The notes under the pieces: model-generated
What the model was told of the DNA's origin: nothing
The model's database searches: none
What the model saw: the letters and a program-made list of their open reading frames with translations, nothing else
Shown here: piece by piece, positions 47,816 to 51,137 of the stretch
Numbering within the stretch: the first letter of the stretch is position 1
How the letters are laid out: the number at the start of each line of letters is the position of its first letter
Made by a program: the position numbers and the translations under genes
Origin: Caulobacterales bacterium
GTDB taxonomy: Bacteria; Pseudomonadota; Alphaproteobacteria; Caulobacterales; Caulobacteraceae
DNA length: 51,137 nt
Assembly (NCBI GenBank): GCA_038234475.1
Contig: JBBQTX010000001.1
Coordinates: 1 to 51,137 of the forward strand
Direction of reading: 5' to 3'

Positions 47816-49020
47816 TCCTCTGGATTGTCCTGACCTTGATGATCGCCCTGGCCGTGGTCGGGCTGGCCATTCCGCTGATCCGGCCCGGCGGAGCGCTGGA
47901 CCGTCGCACCAACTCCGCCGATGTTCTGAAGGCGCAGCTGGCCGATCTGGATCGTCAGGCCGAGGCGGGTACGGCTCCCGCCGAGGACATCGCCGCCCTG
48001 CGCCTCGAGGTCGAACGCCGCGCCCTGGCCGAAGGCGTCGAGACCGTGGCTTCGGGCCGGCCGCTGAGCGAAAAGTCGCTGCTCCGACTGGCGCTCGGTC
48101 TGGCAGCCGTCGTGGCGCTGGGCGGTGCCGGTCTCTACGCCCTGCTCGGGCGACCGGACCTGCCCTCGGGCCCGGCCCCGGCGACCACGGACATCCTGTC
48201 TGCCACCGACAACGTAGCGCATGACGGAGCGGATGTGACCGCCATGATCACCCAGCTGGAAACCCAGCTGCGACAATCGCCCCGGGACGTGAACGGCTGG
48301 CGCATGCTGGGCTGGTCGTATTTCCAGACCGGCCGCTTCACCGAGGCGGCCGAAGCCTACGGACGGGCCGCGACTCTGGAACCCGGCATTTCGGAGCATT
48401 CTTCGGCCCAGGGGGAGTCGCTCGTTCAGGCCGCCAGCGGTCAGGTGACGCCCGCCGCCCTGACGGCCTTCCGCGCAGCGATTCGCGCCGAGCCGCTCGA
48501 CCCCCGGGCTCGCTATTTCGTGGCTGTCGAGATGGATCAGCGCGGCGACAGGGAGGGGGCCATGACGGCCTGGATCGACCTGATCAACGGCGCCCCCGCC
48601 GGCGCGCCCTGGGCCGCCGAGGTCCGGGCCTTCGTCGAGGACCTGGCGCGCGAGCGTGGACAGGACATCTCCGGCCGGCTTCGTCCGGCCCCGGCCCCGG
48701 CCGCTGCGACCGCGCCGGCCGCCGGGTCCGGACCCGCACCCGGTCCGACCGCCGGTCAGGTCGCCGACGCCGAGGCCATGTCGCCGGCCGACCGCCAGCA
48801 GATGGTGCTCGGCATGGTCGAGGGATTGGAAGCGCGGCTCGGGACCTCGCCGCGCGATCGCGATGGCTGGGTGCGGCTGATGCGGGCCCGGATGGTGCTG
48901 GGTGACGGCGCGGCGGCGGCGGCGGCCTATCGGCGCGCGCGCCAGGCCTTCGCCGACTCGCCCCAGGAACAGGCCGCGTTGGCCGAGGCGGCGCGCGGCC
49001 TGCGCGTTCCCGGGGTCTGA
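47812..49020 (+). CDS. ccmI: Cytochrome c biogenesis protein CcmI (CycH), TPR-containing
   Basis: Two N-terminal TM helices, QLADLDR, LY..LG.P, and TPRs (GWRMLGWSY, GWVRLMRA). Confidence 0.88.
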   Translation: MILWIVLTLMIALAVVGLAIPLIRPGGALDRRTNSADVLKAQLADLDRQAEAGTAPAEDIAALRLEVERRALAEGVETVASGRPLSEKSLLRLALGLAAVVALGGAGLYALLGRPDLPSGPAPATTDILSATDNVAHDGADVTAMITQLETQLRQSPRDVNGWRMLGWSYFQTGRFTEAAEAYGRAATLEPGISEHSSAQGESLVQAASGQVTPAALTAFRAAIRAEPLDPRARYFVAVEMDQRGDREGAMTAWIDLINGAPAGAPWAAEVRAFVEDLARERGQDISGRLRPAPAPAAATAPAAGSGPAPGPTAGQVADAEAMSPADRQQMVLGMVEGLEARLGTSPRDRDGWVRLMRARMVLGDGAAAAAAYRRARQAFADSPQEQAALAEAARGLRVPGV

Positions 49021-49346
49021 TCCCGCGCTGGATCGCCTGATACGCGGTCGGCGTGGCCACGGCCCGGGTTTTGGGCCATGGTGTGGCGGCGGGCAGGGGC
49101 GCGGTGCGGATGATCGGCGATTCGATCGAGGCTGTGACGGCACAGGCAGTGGCCAATCCACTGGTCGCCGGTGCCACCATCGTCCTCGGTCTCGGAGTTC
49201 TGGTCCTGATTGGCCGAGGCCTCACGCCGCCAAGACGGCACCCGCCTTCGCCGCCCGCAGCTCCTGAAACCGTCGAACCAGTAAGCCCGCCAACCGCGTC
49301 CCCGATCGCTCCCCCAACGGCGCGCGCGCCCGCAATGGAAAAAACG

Positions 49347-50993
49347 ATGACCAAGGCTTCGGACCTCTTTGTCGCCTGTCTGGAAGAGGAAGGCGTCGAA
49401 TACGTCTTCGGCGTGCCGGGCGAGGAGAATCTCGACTTTCTCGACAGTCTGTCGCGCAGCACGAAGATCCGGCTGATTCTGACCCGGCACGAACAGGGGG
49501 CGGGCTTTATGGCCGCGACCTACGGTCGCCATACCGGTAAGGCGGGCGTCTGTCTGGCGACCTTGGGGCCCGGTGCCACCAATCTGGTGACGGCCGCCGC
49601 CTATGCCCAGCTGGGTGGCATGCCGATGATGATGATCACCGGCCAGAAGCCGATCAAGTCGTCCAAACAGGGGCGATTCCAGATCCTGGACGTGGTCGAC
49701 ATGATGCGGCCTATCACCAAATTCACCCATCAACTCGCCTCGGCCGACAACATTCCGGCGCGGGTCCGCGAAGCGGTGAGACTGGCCCAGGAGGAGAAGC
49801 CCGGAGCCACCCATCTGGAGTTTCCCGAGGACGTCGCCCACGAACAAACCACCTCGCCACCGATCGTGGCCAGTCAGGTGCGCCGGCCTGTGCCCGACGC
49901 CAAGTCGATCAAGACCGCCGCCGACCGGATCGCCGCCGCCCGTTCGCCGCTGCTGGTCATCGGGGCCGGAGCCAATCGCAAGCTGACCAGCCGGATGCTG
50001 ACCGAATTCGTCGAGAAGACCGGTATTCCCTACATCACCACCCAGCTGGGCAAGGGCGTGGTCGACGAACGCAATCCGAAATACCTCGGCTGCGCGGCCC
50101 TGTCGTCCGGCGATTTCGTGCACCGGGTGGTCGAGGCGGCGGACGTCATCATCAACGTCGGCCACGACGTGATCGAAAAGCCGCCCTTCTTCATGAAGCC
50201 CGGTGGCTGTGACGTCATCCACGTCAGCTTCCGCACCGCCGAGGTCGACCCGGTCTATTTCCCCCAGATCGAGGTCGTGGGCGACATCGCCAATGCGGTG
50301 TGGCAGCTCAAGGAGGCGCTGACCGCGCAGCCGCACTGGACGTTTGCCGCCATGGAGCGGGCCCGGCACGCCGAGGTCGAGCACACGGCGGCCTCCGTCA
50401 ACGACATGCGGTGCCCGGTCTATCCGCAATATCTGGTCGACCAGGTCCGCAAGGCCATGCCGTCGGACGGGATCCTGTGCCTCGACAATGGCGTCTACAA
50501 GATCTGGTTCACGCGCAACTATCCGGCGCACATGGCCAACACCCTGCTGGTGGACAACGCCCTGGCCACCATGGGTGCGGGCCTGCCGTCGGCGATGGCG
50601 TCGGCCATGATCTTCCCGGGCCGAAAAGTGGTGGCCGTCTGCGGCGACGGTGGCTTCATGATGAACAGCCAGGAGGTCGAGACGGCGGTCCGGCTCGGCC
50701 TGAATCTGGTCGTACTGATCCTGAACGACAACAGCTACGGCATGATCCGCTGGAAGCAGGCCAATATGGGCTTCGAGGATTTCGGCCTGACCTACGGCAA
50801 TCCGGATTTCGTCAAATATGCGGAAGCCTATGGCGCGAACGGCCATCGCGTGGACAGCGCCGAGAGCCTGGCGAAAATCCTGGCGCATTGCCTCGATACG
50901 CCCGGCGTTCATCTCATAGACTGCCCGGTCGACTATAGTGAGAACGATCAGATCCTGAACAAGGATATCAAGGAGCAGAGCGCGGCGCTGTAG
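49347..50993 (+). CDS. Acetolactate synthase large subunit-like ThDP enzyme
   Basis: FGVPGEENL, RHEQGAGFMA, LGPGATN and GDGGFMM..N ThDP motif; core start MTKASDLF at 49347, with an in-frame upstream extension possible. Confidence 0.9.
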   Translation: MTKASDLFVACLEEEGVEYVFGVPGEENLDFLDSLSRSTKIRLILTRHEQGAGFMAATYGRHTGKAGVCLATLGPGATNLVTAAAYAQLGGMPMMMITGQKPIKSSKQGRFQILDVVDMMRPITKFTHQLASADNIPARVREAVRLAQEEKPGATHLEFPEDVAHEQTTSPPIVASQVRRPVPDAKSIKTAADRIAAARSPLLVIGAGANRKLTSRMLTEFVEKTGIPYITTQLGKGVVDERNPKYLGCAALSSGDFVHRVVEAADVIINVGHDVIEKPPFFMKPGGCDVIHVSFRTAEVDPVYFPQIEVVGDIANAVWQLKEALTAQPHWTFAAMERARHAEVEHTAASVNDMRCPVYPQYLVDQVRKAMPSDGILCLDNGVYKIWFTRNYPAHMANTLLVDNALATMGAGLPSAMASAMIFPGRKVVAVCGDGGFMMNSQEVETAVRLGLNLVVLILNDNSYGMIRWKQANMGFEDFGLTYGNPDFVKYAEAYGANGHRVDSAESLAKILAHCLDTPGVHLIDCPVDYSENDQILNKDIKEQSAAL

Positions 50994-51017
50994 CTCCGCC
51001 CGCGCGGGAGACGATTA

Positions 51018-51137
51018 GTGAAAAGTGTATCCAGAATATTGGCCGCCATCGTCCTGCTCGGCACGGCGACGTCGGTGACGGCGCAGTCGTTCAATCAGGA
51101 ACTGGGCCGCTACCGGGCTGCGAAGTTCGAGTGCGAG
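51018..51137 (+). CDS. Exported hypothetical protein (3'-truncated)
   Basis: GGAG RBS, GTG start, signal-like MKSVSRILAAIVLLGTATSVTA|QS, frame open to window end. Confidence 0.55.
   Translation, partial: MKSVSRILAAIVLLGTATSVTAQSFNQELGRYRAAKFECE

Overview
High-GC alphaproteobacterial chromosomal window; gene content and an ALDH resembling Caulobacter XylA point to a Caulobacteraceae-like host (inference). The left half (1-23.3 kb) is mostly recognisable metabolism: S9 peptidase, amidase, iron-permease/SemiSWEET pair, Tat-exported tyrosinase, cysD-cysNC, an anthranilate (2-aminobenzoyl-CoA)-type catabolic operon, ALDH, LysR, phaC, trhO and an isolated gspI-J-K triplet. The right half (23.4-49.0 kb) is the notable part, a ~25 kb locus that combines four modules. 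(i) An operon for a ~5-heme c554-like cytochrome, a tandem GlcG/HbpS-like lipoprotein, a probable outer-membrane beta-barrel and a 1304-aa decaheme/LVIVD-propeller protein. (ii) A CHASE2-type adenylate cyclase with a metallophosphoesterase, a TPR/beta-barrel protein and a FecR-domain protein. (iii) An operon for a TrxR-like flavoprotein fused to two cNMP-binding domains and four [4Fe-4S] motifs, a di-heme-b-type membrane protein and an FHA-decaheme cytochrome. (iv) An adjacent ccmFGHI set. Read together these suggest a cAMP-gated, envelope-spanning electron-transfer system that I cannot match to any characterised pathway. No rRNA, tRNA, CRISPR array or IS element was recognised. All family calls come from motif reading and recall, not database searches.
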